64,000 bases of DNA from Podarcis melisellensis (lineage: Eukaryota): assembly GCA_964234715.1 (NCBI GenBank), contig OZ174281.1; one strand, 5' to 3'. Positions 14,401 through 27,714 of this stretch are shown one piece after another. The notes below the pieces were generated by a model, which saw only the letters and a list, made by a program, of their open reading frames with translations, was not told the origin of the DNA and did not search any database. The translations under genes were made by a program, and so were the position numbers. Within the stretch, counting starts at the first letter, position 1. Every line of letters begins with the position of its first letter.

Positions 14401-15332
14401 AGGCTCACCATGGTATTTCTAAAGGGGGCTTCATTTCCTTTTCTGTCATCTTTCTTGCACACAGACATGCATCCCTTCCATCCCTGTTTGTTGGAGTGAG
14501 ATTGGTTTAGTCACATTGTCTATCCCTCTTCTCTCCTTGGGCAAGGTGTTCGTGTTCTCTGTAGCCCCATGAATACCACAAGGAGGTTCTAAAGTGAATC
14601 AATATGGTGGCACTAATTGGAAAAGCAGCCAAGACAGGAAATAAAGAAAGCTGGGTCGTAGAGCCTGCAACAAATCCCTTCACAGGGACTAGGGAAGTTC
14701 CCTCTTTCCCAAGGGGCTGGGTTGTGCCATTTTCCTTTTCCCTTGCCCTTACCACTGGGGTGGCATCATGCCAGTCATCCCTAGTGGGCATATGACACAT
14801 CTCTCTGCATTATTTACACCTGCTTTACATTGTCCATGAATTGTTTACCACAGGCTTAAGCCAGGCTTTCTTGTTTTCTGTGGAAACAGATCAAGATCCC
14901 TGATAGCTGGGGGAGACAGTGCTGCAGGTGTGCCCTATTATTTATCTATTATTCAGAGCACAAATGCAAAAGAGCCAGATGGTCCAGTTAGAATGGGCTC
15001 CACTCCCAATGGCTAATGTATAGGTTAAACCAGGTGCCCATTGCTCTCTCCCTCCCAGAGGCAAGTTCTTATCTGTTAGCAGCAGCAGCAGCAGCAGCAG
15101 TTTCTTGGTAAAGAAAATAGGTTTCCATGTTTGAAAGATTCGGAACACTGCAAAAGCCAGCCAAACCTGTCTACCAGAGGCACTGCTGGAGAGAAGCCTG
15201 GCATTGTTGCCTCTGCCACATTGCCTTCAATACTTTGGGGTGGGGTTTCCAGTCTAGCACTCCCATAATCTTGCTCTCCCCTCCTTCTCGTCCTTCAGAA
15301 GCAATCACAACAAACGCATCAGCAGAAAAGAT

Positions 15333-15338
15333 TTTATT
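15333..15338 (-). terminator. Likely distal poly(A) signal of PCDHG transcripts (3' UTR ~15315-17932)
   Basis: Minus-strand AATAAA preceded by a long AU-rich tract and followed by a GU-rich element (GCGTTTGTTGTGATTG). A further AATAAA lies at 17806-17811. Confidence 0.6.
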
Positions 15339-17932
15339 ATTTTCCCCAAAGAAAAAAAGAGCAATATAAATATTAGAGTATAAAACTTGCGTGTAACACA
15401 TTGACGTCAGTCTATATGGATATAAGAAGGATATAAGCATATATATAATATATAAGTATAGTTCAATATTAGACACATTGAAAGGACAGTAAGTGTGTTT
15501 CAATTCACATACATTTAAAAGCACAAAGAGCACACGTAAAGAAGATACAAAGGAATAAAAAAAATACTGATGTCCACAACTCAATTACTAAGATTAAAAA
15601 AGAAGAAAGAAACCTACACATCACTAGGTTTTCAGCACTACTACACTACTTTCAGCTTATTGATTAAAAGGAAAAAGAGAATGACTAAGATTAATCTACA
15701 GTACTTTGAGAAGAGTCACATAATAACTACTTCAGTACATAATAAGCCCCAGGCCCAATCCTGTGAGGAAGCTCACCTGCATCAGCCCCGTTAAGATGGA
15801 GAGAAGCTGCAGGACAGAATTGCCATTCTGGTGATTCCAGCCGAGCTTGTGCAGGAGAACTTCCCAATGGATTGCGCTCTGTTTTAACTAACTATGTAAA
15901 CTGTTTCTAGTGCAGTCACCAAACACAAGGGGTGGGTGGGTGACTGGGATCAGTACAAAAATCATACGTCGACTGAAGTTTCTTCCCACAGACAAATCCC
16001 GCTTTCTAGACACACAGGAGGCAGCAGATACGCTCTAGCAGTGCAAGACTACACAGCCAATGAGATTGGTCCGCAATGTTTTGAAAAGTCGTCAGATGTT
16101 TAACCTGAGGTGATCATAGAAGGCCAGACCATCTCAGACAAGCTCCTTATCAAAGATTTAAGAAAGAGTAATATGTTTCTGGCCTAGTGATTAGCCCTCC
16201 ATGTTGGAAATATGCTGCTTCTCTGCCCTCGGCTGGTCAGTGCCTCTATAGAAAGGCAGCCTGAGTTTGCCAGCAGCAGGCCGAAGCTCCCTGCTAGTCT
16301 GTGCTGCGCTTGAGCGAAGAAAGAGATGAGAACACAAGCCGAGGAAACGCTCACTTCCTCTCCAGACTAGGCTATGAAACAATGTGGCTAAAAACCCTAA
16401 AACAAGTCATTTCGAAACACAGCAAAGGGATTTATGATTATTCACTTTAAATCCAGTGGATTTATATCCAAGTGGGGGTGATAGCAGAGGTCCCAAGGAC
16501 CTTCAGTGCACCAATGGTTACTCACTTCTCTAACGTTCAGAACTTGGCCTTGGGGGCTTGGTATCAGAAATCCCTGCCCAGCTCCAGCTCCGGCATCCCT
16601 GATCTGTCCCTGGCCCCTTGCGTCCTCAGACCAACTGTTGTTCGCACGTGAAGAAGGCCAGCAAATCAAGGGCCTTCCTTGGCTGTGCTGCCTAGGCGTG
16701 TGGAAACTTTCCTACTGCTCTGATCCAGGGCAATGCATCTTGTTACTGAACTCTACTCACAGACAGACAATGCTCAGGTTCCACCAGGATGTGGGCACTT
16801 CACAGCATATTTACATCATGCTGTATATGGCATGCAATGACTTCTCTATTCTAGGTTGGGAGGCGGCAGCTGGCCTACCGTAGATGTGAAGTGAATGTTT
16901 TGCATGCAGCTCGATGTGCAGAAAATATGAAGCATTCCATTTTTGTTTTAATTCTCTACCTACAAGGCCACCGGAGCCCATTCACTGACAGAAGGCGTCT
17001 GCCTGTGGAACTAACAGAGCTATTTCAGTGCTTAAAGGAGGAGCGGCAGCTCACTATACTCACAAGCGATTGACTTTGACTTCCTTAAACTTATTCCAGA
17101 AAACAATTACTGTACACATAAATATTTATGGATCAAAGTGTGGATGAGATGTGTTGTCTCTTCAGAGGCCACTGTAAATCAATCAACACAGGCAAAATTC
17201 TCCATCTTCCTACTATGTGAGGCATTCTCTGCCTCTGGGAGGCTTCCCATAGCAATGTGTTTGTGCGCCTTGCCTCTTAGGTATAACCATTTCAGTTTTA
17301 TTTCAACCATCATTGGTTAAGTTTTAAAAATGCTGTTGAAACTCATTCCCTTCTAATAATGCAGGATGGACACTGTTTTAAAATAGAAAAGCAGAAACTA
17401 AAGCATCCCCTCGTCAATTTCATAACAAGGATTCCAACCGAGATATTTTTGTGGGGACAGAAAGCATTCATCAAAATTTGGGGGACGTGAGAATGTTCTT
17501 TAAATGGAAAAATGTATAAATCAAAACCCCTTTTTAGAAGAATTATTTACAATGGACAGGGCCCACCCTAAGCCTTGTATGTTGTGCAGATCCCTCTGGA
17601 GCAAAGCAATGGGAGAGAAAAATATTCCAAAGATCTGACACCCTTGCATATTAGATCATCCGCATGAGAGTATAAGCTATAATTCATCACTATCCACAGG
17701 GCTTTTGTTTTGTTTTGTTTTGTTTCCAGATACTTTTACATCAGGAGGACTAACAGTAGGAGACTTTCTCCTAACTCAATGTACATTCGCCATGTTCCAC
17801 ACTTTTTTATTTTTAAAAAATGGTTAACCACAAATTCACATTCATCCTCCATCCTAGGCTATGAATTGGGGGAATGCTGGAAGAGTCTGCCCTTTAGATC
17901 TAAGGTGGCAGCGATGTGTCATCCTGCGAATC

Positions 17933-18189
17933 TTACTTCTTCTCCTTCTTCCCTGACTTCTTCTTGTTTCCACCTCCGGAGGCTGCAGGTTTCCCATCCC
18001 GCTTGGCTGCAGAGTTGGAGAGCGTGGCTGTGCTGCCAGGGATGTACACGTTCTGTCTGTAGTCAGGGACGTGCTGCAGGGTGAACTGGGGGCCATACCT
18101 GGTGCTGAGGCCCATTGTGCCGGCTGCTGTTGCTCCTCCGCCCAGAGTAGAATTTCCATCAGGATTTGCAGCGGCGGCGGCAGCGGCTT
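17933..18189 (-). CDS. PCDHG: PCDHG constant exon 3, coding part ([53 protein letters not shown]...[11 protein letters not shown])
   Basis: gtgtag|AAGCC acceptor at 18190/18189. Hallmark [22 protein letters not shown] and lysine-rich C-terminus. Stop TAA at 17935-17933. Confidence 0.97.
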
Positions 18190-21100
18190 CTACACCACCA
18201 CAGGGAGGGGGATGGAGAGAAGGAGATTGGAAGGGGGAGAAAAGTCAGAAGGGCGAATTCTTAGCATAGTCGTTGCTAGATGTCAATGTATAATTTTAGG
18301 GTCTTGACTACACATCATCTAGGGAAGATGCACTCAGCCCACCTCCCCACCCCCAGAATTCTTATGAACAGCAAGCTCTTTGGCATGTGCACAAGGCTTG
18401 GGAGTGATAAGGCAGAGAGCTCTGGTTTGAAGAAGTGGCATCCTGCAGCCCGGCAAAAATAAATCCCTGCTTTTTCCTGAAGCCCAGAGGATCCGAGTGG
18501 AGAGGAAGGGAAAACTCTAGGCAAGAACAAATAGAGGCTTGCTAGCACACTCAGAGCTCTTAGGAGCAATCTTACTGTGCCCTTGTCGCATGCCTGGGAT
18601 GCTTGGCAAAAAGGTGGGTGTTGAACCCTCATCCCAAAAAGGCTGTGTGCTTTTTGCAGGGAGCCTCATGGCCAGGGAGCCACATGGGTGCTGTGTTGTG
18701 TGTCTTCTGTGACCTCTCATTTGTATGCCTTGCATTGTAATCGGCTGTGTTACTGCAGCAGTGGTGCGTGTGTGCAGGCGTCTGGGTTAGGGGTGTGTCC
18801 CTGTCATTTTTGCACTATAGACTTAAGTTTTCCATTTTTTAACAGTTGGCTTTAATGAGAGATAAACACTCCTTTTACAGTAAACAATGACATATTTGTA
18901 TTTTACAAAATACAAATGCTTCTACTTATTTTAGATTCACTGAAGATGAGCCATCTGTGGCCTGAAACCCAGCTTTTGTTGATGATGAATACATTTGCCT
19001 GTATACCCTTCTATGGACTTCTTTGTGCCATGCTTATTTCTGGAGCTTCCTTTTCATTTGACTTCCCAAAATACGAAGAATCTATGAAAATACTGAATGT
19101 GTAGCAACAATAGAGCAAGGAGGAACAGGAAGAGGTATTAAAATTGTGCCAATGGACTTAACTATTTTGATTTTGGCTAGAGGAGAGACATTCTGTCCTG
19201 GAGTTAGCAGTTATGCATGGGTTTTTAATAAAAGGGTTTAAAATAGTGCTTTTTCTGGGGGGATGCAGGGGTACACATACCCCTAAACATGTTGTGTTTT
19301 TAAAACGGGAAAGGACAATCTGTCTTCTCCGCTGCCTTATCTCTTCCTAGTGACCTACCAACCCACTTCTGTGCTGTAGTTTGACTGAGGAACTCGAATG
19401 AGAAAAGACCGTCCAATTGAGCTGCCCTGGTAAAGCTTTTCTGCCCTCTGGCATGAGATGGGCTTTGATTATTATGCACAGCAGGCTCCTCAAATGAAAA
19501 ATAGCAGCCGGGTGCCAGAATAACATCCAAGTGCATGGAATGGCAGACTCTAGTTTTGTATGGTCTTTGGTTAATTTATTTATTAAGTCAAACGTCAGTT
19601 GCCCCACACAGAAGATTAAATTTATAAAGAAAGAGAGCACATATACTTTAACTGTTAAAAAATACTGAGTGATCAGTCTGTGTCAATCGCATGATTGAAC
19701 CCCTCTATGCCCTCTTGCTAAAGAACGTGAGAAGTGCTTTCCTGTATCAAGACCCCAGAGCCCAGCCTTGCTCTAGCTCTGAGGTGGGCAGAAAGTATGT
19801 CAAGATCTACTGGCAGACCTCTGGGTTATTTGCAGTAGATTGTCTGGGGAGGGTTCCTCACTCCCAATTGTTTAACAAGCAGCTGTTGTTTTCGCTCTCA
19901 ACGCAAGCACGCTGACACCAAACTCTACATACATTAAGCATAATAGAAACACCGCCACCCGACCCCACTCCCATCCATCTTCCCTCTCTCCACCCCCTTT
20001 CTTTTTTCTTTCTTTTTTCTTCTCCCCCTAATGCCTCAACAAATGAAACAGATCTGTAAAAACGCTACGTGGAAGAAGAAGAAAAAAAAAATACGAGGCA
20101 CTACACTTCTGTAAAACAAGAAAATCCTTAATAAAAAAAAAAAAATGGCTGCGAAGGGGAAGAATCTTTAGGCAGAATGCAGGACCCAGAGTAGATTTTT
20201 CTGTGACAGAACTGTGAGCTCAGTTCTGGTATGAAAAAATAATCATAATCCTGAGATGACCATGCTAAGAGAGGCTCTATTTCTTAATTATATGTAGCGT
20301 CTTTCCGTAAACCCCTTTTGCGCCTGGCTTCAGTTGGTGGATCTTGGGTATGGATGGAGTCTTGATTTTCAATATGCACAGGTCCCCCCCCCCCCACAAA
20401 AAACTTGTTTCCCTCCTTAATCTCAATGGGAAACCAGCTTCCCCCACAGTTCTGCTTAAAAATATTAGCAATTATTGTATCTTATATGCATATTATGCAC
20501 ATATACACTCCAGCTTTCTAATAAGCTGCATTTGGCCTCAACATTATGCTTCACAAGTGTTCCAAGAAAAATAAATGCCCCTAAAAATATGCAAACTTTT
20601 TCAGAAAGGTGCTGAGAATCAATCACCACAATAAACTTTAATGGGGCACCTTGAAAACTTAACTTTCTTTTGTTTTCTTGTTTGCAGAGCCTTAGCTTCT
20701 CATTCTGGCTTTTATGCTGACTGCTTTCTATACTCCTACAGTTGCAGATCTTTTTTCATACAACAGTTTGATTTGAAGGGAAAGCACCTGTGAGAGGCTA
20801 AAATCTTGAGAGGACCACAGGCAGGGTCCCAAGGGGAAAGGGGCTGCCTAATCCTTTACTCAAGCTGCCTCTCCTCCTCCTGTGGCTCCCTGTGGGGAGA
20901 AACAGCCTGAGAAGATGTGGAACAGGTGACTAGGGAAGCGATTTAGAGCAGATGAAAGGGTTAAGAAGTCCTCCTCCTCCCAGGTAGACTCTGATTTATT
21001 TCATGCTCACATTGACCTGAATTTTTGTGTCTCACCTCTTATGGCCAACAGGAGGCTAGGAAAGCAAATCTTAGAACAGGCAAAAATAAATGAGTTTGTG

Positions 21101-21670
21101 TCTCTGCTTGTTTCTGAAACAGAACCTGCCCAGAGAGCTCAAGGGCTTATCACTGGCGCTATGGACACTTATGTCTGTTGCCTGAGCTTTGACCACCACA
21201 AATGCTCGGACCTTTATTTAACAGCAGACAGTTCAGTTCAGGGAGACCTGCTGGGGCCTGCAGACAGGTGGTGTCTAAAAATCTATGCAGCAACATTCCA
21301 CCAGGCAGTTTCCTTTTATCAAAGAATGCAATTCTCCTATGTGCACAGAAGCCAGGTTCTCTCCCATCTGCCCCCATGCAATCTTAGCTCATCTGCTTAC
21401 ATCCTCTTAAAGTTCTTTTTTTTTCTTTAACCAGCCAAATAAATAATCTATCTCTAAAATATCTACTCAGGATGAAAAAATTGGGCCCTTTGGAATTTCT
21501 AATTTTCTACGGTGCTATAATTCTAATCTGTGCTGTACTTCTCTGTCTGCCTGCCTTAGGATATTGGCCCAGAGGGTTTCTCTTTGATGCTTCAAAAGAA
21601 CTCGTTTTTAAAACTAATTGAAGAGATTCCTAGGCTCTTCAGCACATTTGCAAATAATAGTTTCTCGCAG

Positions 21671-21672
<2 letters not shown>

Positions 21673-21723
<51 letters not shown>
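21673..21723. repeat. (CT)n microsatellite
   Basis: About 25 perfect CT units. Confidence 0.95.
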
Positions 21724-21726
<3 letters not shown>

Positions 21727-22952
21727 AACCATGCTAATGGATGAGGACGGGACTTACTAAAAAGAGAAACATGGATTGACCATTCCATTGTGCATCATTA
21801 AACATGCAGTCTATGAATGACCTCTGAATATGCCTAATGATGGATGTCACCCCAGTCTCTGTAGTTAAGCACAGTTTTTCCAAGTGACCATAGAAAGTGT
21901 TTAGAACAAGGCTTCTCAAACTTTTTTGTGCCCAGGACCCCCTTGAGATGGCTGAAAATTACTGAGGCCCACCAGTCACAAAATGGCAGTACAGGCAGAG
22001 CCAGTCACAATGTGGTGGAAGATGAAGGCAGAGATTGATATTTTCTACTGATATCTTATCCATCTTTGGAAACTGCTAGATTCTTTACCAAAGCCCTTTC
22101 CTTGTGGCAAGATGCTTCAAAACTCAGCTCTACTCAGGCTAAGGACTGACACTGGAGGTATTATGACTCAACCTCCCCATTTTAGGTAGAATTTGCTGAT
22201 CCAGAGGATCTAGGTGGAGGAGGCTTTGCTTTTATATATTTTCCTTCCCACCCATCTCCTCTAATTTCATCTCCCATTCTCCTTTCACAGTCAACTTGCC
22301 ACTTAACTCTCCCCTCTTCCCTTGCCAGTTTCTTTCCTTTTTCCTCCTTTCTATTCCCAGTTATCTTGCTTTCTCATTTCATTCAACGCCTCCCCTGGCC
22401 TTTTCCCTTCAGAGGAAAGAAACCTTCTCCTCTCCTCCCTGCTCCCCCTCTCCAGTTTCTTTGTCTCCTGGTCACCTTTACTCAGCACGAATGGAGGTGT
22501 TGGCCCAGCCCAGAGGCTGTGGCATGGCTAGGGGCCAGGGCAGACTGTGGCAATGAGGCCCCCCCAAAAGTGGCCCAAGGGCCACTGTGTGACAAACACT
22601 GGCTTAGAAGATGATGGGATCCTGCACAACGCTTGTAAGGAAAGGGTGATAGCCAACATTAGTCATTCTCAGATCAGACTCAGTGAAATCAGTGGATTAA
22701 CTAGGTCTTATTGATTTTAATGGATCTACCCTGTCTTAGCTGGATATCATCCATAGTACATTAGTTTTCTTAGGATAAACTAAAATGCTACTTTTGAGTG
22801 TAGGGAATGTTTAGATTAGTCTCCGTTGGGTGCAAAACAGATTTCAGGTTGCACCAACAGCTACTGGGACAAGAAAACAACCATAGCTGCCCCCCCATAT
22901 TTTGTAAATATAAAATGTAGCAGCCACCTCATATTTTTGTATTTTTAAAATA

Positions 22953-23186
22953 CAGTGGTACCTCGGGTTACGTACGCTTCAGGTTATATACACTTCAGGT
23001 TACAGTCTCCGCTAACCCAGAAATAGTACCTCGGGTTAAGAACTTTGCTTCAGGATGAGAACAGAAATCGTGCTCCGGCAGCAGCAGGAGGCCCCTTTAG
23101 CTAAAGTGGTGCTTCAGGTTAAGAACAGTTTCAGGTTAAGAACAGACCTCCGGAACAAATTAAGTACTTAACCCGAGGTACCACTG
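22953..23186. mobile_element. Tc1/mariner (Tigger-like) MITE
   Basis: TIRs CAGTGGTACCTCGGGTTA...TAACCCGAGGTACCACTG flanked by TA on both sides. Confidence 0.85.
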
Positions 23187-23744
23187 TATGGGGGAAACAA
23201 CCATTATTGTATATTTGTTTTTTGAATGCTTCCCTGCCAAAACCTCCCTGCACATAGATAGGTAGCTCACAGCACCGTCACATTTTTTTGAAGGATAAGG
23301 TGAAAATAAAAAATTGATCTGCATTTGTAGCTGAGTCAAATATAAACAGCTGCATTTTAATCAGCATTGTCAATATTTCAATGCAGTTTCATTTGAAACT
23401 AATAGATTAACCCCATAGCCTTAAAAGATAAAAATACAGACACTATTCTCACACGATGGACTGAATGGCTGTTCACATTCACTATTCAGTACGTTGGGCT
23501 AAAACTGCGCAACAAAAATAGCTTTCCTTTGAAAGAAACAACATCCCAACATTACAGACCGTTTTATTAGACAAATGCATCTGGAAGCATTTGGATAGTC
23601 ATCAGTCGCTTGGCAGAGATGTGATCTCCAGAGCCTTTGGTGGGGGGAGCTAAAGCGAGCAGCAAATCCAGTGAATGTATAGACACAGTAACCTATTTTT
23701 TAAAAGCCACGCTCCCTGGACTACAAACTCAGGACAGTGATTTA

Positions 23745-24062
23745 GGGCTCATCCAGGCTTTCTTTTGTCTTGCACTTTCCAGGCATATGTCCGCACTCTA
23801 AAGCTCCATAGCCAAGCAGTGTTTTGTTTTGTTTTTTGTCCTGGCGCTTTCCCTGGGGAAAATCCACATTTTACCACTGAATCAGAGCAAATGTCAATCC
23901 ATAGAAACTCCGATTGCCTTTTGCTCTGATTCAGCGGTGAAGTGCAGGTTTCCGTGGGGTAAGCACCAGGACCCAAAACAAAACAAAACTACTTGGACAC
24001 AGAGCTTTGAAGCCCAGACCTGTGCCTAGAAGCACAGCACCAAATAAAGTCTGGATGAACCC
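23745..24062. mobile_element. Palindromic MITE (possibly PIF/Harbinger-type)
   Basis: GGGCTCATCCAGGCTTT...AAAGTCTGGATGAACCC ends. The arms are imperfectly complementary along their length (e.g. CTGAATCAGAGCAAA / TTTGCTCTGATTCAG). Confidence 0.65.
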
Positions 24063-25490
24063 TGACTGTGCAGAGGGACTTGGCATCAGGGCCTGTTGGA
24101 GCAGACGTTAACCACTATCCGTGTTGATTTGCAGAGGCTACAGCTAAGACAAGAGGTGAATGCTTAATAAACCCCTCCCACCTCCATTTGGCAAAAATAA
24201 TGGGGGAAATCTGCTTAAATGGACATTAGAAAGCACTGACGTGAACAGCATGATTGCTTGAATGCATCTCGCTTGCTTGTGTGCTTTGCTGAACTAAGCC
24301 CATTATGTGGCTTGGGAGAGAGGTTCCGCAAATAGCAGGCACCGAAATCTCTTAAATGTGTGTGCTGCACAGGCAGCTAGATTCTGCCTTTCCCCCCAGG
24401 AACTGCTACAGCTTCTCTGTTTCCCTTTCTACCAGATCCCCTTTGTAGATCCAGAGTGGGCTCCCTCTGGTACAAAACAGGTGGCCCTTCTGGGAGCTCT
24501 GTCCAGCCTTGCTAGGGGGCTCCCCATTTGGTCCCAGCAAAGCACTGGTTCTGCTCTTTGCCTCCTGAGATGCAGCTCCTTTACCTCCATCCTCTCTAAG
24601 GTGCCAAAGGAAGAGAGGCTCTGGCAGTGTTCTTTCCTTACACAACTTACTCCTCTTTGTCTGCGTCTGGACCTGCCCACAGAGCAAGAAGCTGCTAGAT
24701 CACTTCCTCCTGGCTGGTCTCACTGGGTGGGAGGGAGCTAAAGAGACCTTTGGGTGCCTTGGCTCCCGTGGGAGTTGGCTCCATGGGCACAGGCAATGCT
24801 GCTGGCCCTATGAGCATGGGGAAAGTGGATTAACAGCTAAATAATGCTCCGTGTGGACAAGCCACTTGGAGATGTCAGCTCAGCAAGGATAAATGTGATG
24901 ATTAGCTAGCCGTATTTACCCCCAGGCAAGATATCACATCTAAAACTTGCAAGCATGCTGCAATTCTGCACATTTCCTTGACAGTAAGTCCCACTGAGGT
25001 CAGCCTCTGAATAACCTGATCCAGAAAACACATTGTCTTCAGAAGTATTAGTTTTATGTGCATTTTGCAATTTTAACTACGTAATTAAATAAGCAATTGT
25101 CAGGGATTTCAACATTCAGATAACAGCCAGTTTGTGAAGTGATTACCTAATTTTGTGGTGTTTTGGATCCAGTGTGGATGGGAATGTGCTGCATTGACAG
25201 AATGGAATGCTTGTGGATTGTTGCTTGTCCCCATGGAGCCTCCAAAGTGGGGTTCTACAGGGGTCAGTTGTATCCCCTGTGCAATTTAGCATCCACATGA
25301 AACCTCTGAGTAAGGTCCCTTTGCATTTTGGAGTGCATTGCTAGCACTGTGCTGATGATATGCAGCTCTGTTTCCCTCTTTGCAGCTGCAGGAGTTGCGA
25401 TGGATATGCTAGACAAGTGCCTAGCAATGATAAATGGATTAATTGGGAGCCAACAACCTTGATTTAGATAAGACTGTGGCGCTGTTAAAA

Positions 25491-25836
25491 GGGACGCGGG
25501 TGGTGCTGTGGGATAAACCACAGAGCCTAGGACTTGCTGATCAGAAGGTCAGTGGTTCGAATCCCCACGACGGGGTGAGCTCCCATTGCTCAGTCCCTGC
25601 TCCTGCCAACCTAACAGTTCGAAAGCACGTCAAAGTGCAAGTAGATAAATAGGGACCGCTCCAGCAGGAAGGTAAACGGCGTTTCCATGTGCTGCTCTGG
25701 TTCGCCAGAAGCAGCTTAGTCATGCTGGCCACATGACCCAGAAGCTGTCTGCGGACAAATGCCGGCTCCCTCGGCCTATGGAGCGAGATGAGCACGCAAC
25801 CCCAGAGTCGGTCACGACTGGACCTAATGGTCAGGG
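25491..25836 (+). mobile_element. Sauria SINE, near full length
   Basis: GGGACGCGGGTGGTGCTGTGGG...GGTTCGAATCCC (B box)...GTGCAAGTAGATAAATAGG...CACGACTGGACCTAATGGTCAGGG. Confidence 0.88.
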
Positions 25837-26440
25837 TGGTGCTGTTACTGGGTGCTTCACTAAACCGGATGGCTGGAGTTCAGCCTGTTCTGCATGGGGT
25901 TAACACTCCTCCTGAAGGAGCAGGTACACAGTTTGGGGCTACTTCTGGATCTTTTAGTGTCACTTGAGGCACAAGTGATAACCTCTGGACAGTGATAACG
26001 TCTGTTATCCACACTCTGGTAACCTCTAAATTAGATTAATGTGTTACGCACAGGGCTGCCTTTGAAGATGGTTTGGAAAGTACAGTTCAGAAGCTGGCAG
26101 CCAGACTGCTGATTGGGATAAGGCAATCTGAGTATATAACACCAATTCTGGCCGGGCTGCAGGAGCTGCCAATTGGTTTCTGGGCTCAATTCAAAGTGCT
26201 GGTTTTTACTAACACAGCCATATGTGGCTCAGGACCCCAATACCTAAGAACCACCACTCCTCATGTGACCCCACATAAATATCAACAGAGGTCCTTCTTG
26301 GTGTGCCTTCTCTGAGGGAGGCATGGAGGGTGGCGGCTCCCCGTTTGTGAAATGCACCTGGGAAGTTCACCAGGTACCACTGTTGTTTGCTTTTAGGCAC
26401 CAGACTAAAACCTATTTGTTTACCCAGGGATGTGACTATT
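25837..26440 (+). mobile_element. Degraded L2-like LINE 3' fragment (interrupted by the Sauria SINE)
   Basis: Residual GVQPVL.GV../LLKEQVHSLGLLLD, AARLL.G....EYITPIL..L..LPI.F.AQFKVLV. Confidence 0.65.
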
Positions 26441-26500
26441 AATTGGGAGGGTAGTAAGTGATGCTTTCATATTCATAGGTCAGCATGCTAAGGTATTGTA

Positions 26501-26738
26501 CAGTGGTACCTCTGGATGCGAACGGGTTCCATTCCGGAGCCCCATTCGCATCCTGAAGTGAACGCTGTGCGCGTCTTGCGATTCGCCACTTCTGCATAGG
26601 CGCACGACGTCATTTTGGGCGTCTGCACATGCGCGAGCAGCGAAACCCAGAAATAACACACTCCATTACTTCCGGGTCACCGCGGAGCGCATCCCAAAAA
26701 GGCTTAACCTGAAGCGACTTCAACCTGAGGTATGACTG
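26501..26738. mobile_element. Tc1/mariner (Tigger-like) MITE
   Basis: TA-CAGTGGTACCTC...GAGGTATGACTG-TA. Confidence 0.75.
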
Positions 26739-27526
26739 TATTTTATACAGAGTTTTAATGTCTTATCCAGTTAAGTTGCTTTGGGACACTCTTCTGTGTT
26801 AGAAAAGTGACAAATAAACATTAACAACAACAACAAAATTGTGAGACTTTTGTCTGAGATTCTCTTTATAAAGTTAAACGCTGGCTTGTCTGCCACTGCT
26901 CATCAGGCAATCTGCAATTTGTGGGGCAGCTTCCGACTTCCTGGTCCCTGGAACTGTGCAGAAGACAGCTCAAAAGCAATCCTTTAATTCGCAAAGCAAG
27001 GAAATTGGATCTGGATTTGCTGAGAGACAGTGGTGAACATATGGACCCCGTAAAGCTATTTTTACCAAGACACATTTCAGAGCTGAACTGAACTTCCGCA
27101 TTCTAACCCTCTCTGTTTTAAAATGTAAATGCTTTAATTCCAAAGATGCGTGTCAGGGTCCTAAACCAGCCTGAGCAACTGTTAACCAGGACTGTTTAAG
27201 ATGTGTAGGCAGCTATGCGAACAATATTTGGGAACCCGCCTCCAGCTAATTTTATATTGAGCTTTTTTTAAAAAAGAAAAAAATCCTGTATACAAACATT
27301 AATTGACTAAGAGATTAGAGTTCTTCTAAGAACAAAGAAGCCCTTTAATCTACAAAGAGTTGCAAACCAGCCAGCTGCCCATTTGCCATGGAATTCTGTA
27401 TGGTGATAAATAGCGGCACAGCTATTCAGGAAGCACGCAAACCTTGGCTCTCTTGCCATAACCCTAAAGCTGTTTTAGTTCAAGCTTTCTGTATAAACTT
27501 TTACAGGCATGTACATTAAATATCCT

Positions 27527-27527
27527 C

Positions 27528-27556
<29 letters not shown>
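27527..27556. repeat. (CA)n microsatellite, (UG)n in the PCDHG pre-mRNA
   Basis: About 15 CA units ~70 nt past the constant exon 2 donor. Confidence 0.9.
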
Positions 27557-27558
<2 letters not shown>

Positions 27559-27625
27559 ACCCCTCCACTCACTCCCAGCACAGCTGAAAGTAATAACATT
27601 AGTGAACAAGTTAGCTGCAACTGAC

Positions 27626-27714
27626 CATTTGCTGATGCAAGAATCATGGCTTGAAGCATTTCTGTATCAAACTGGTTGTTTGGCCAAGTCCCATTCTCAT
27701 CCCCATTCTGAGAC
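27626..27714 (-). CDS. PCDHG: PCDHG constant exon 2 (89 bp; [29 protein letters not shown])
   Basis: ccttag|GTCTCAGAATGGG...GCAAATG|gtcagt. 89 bp as in mammals, and phases fit exons 1 and 3. Confidence 0.97.
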
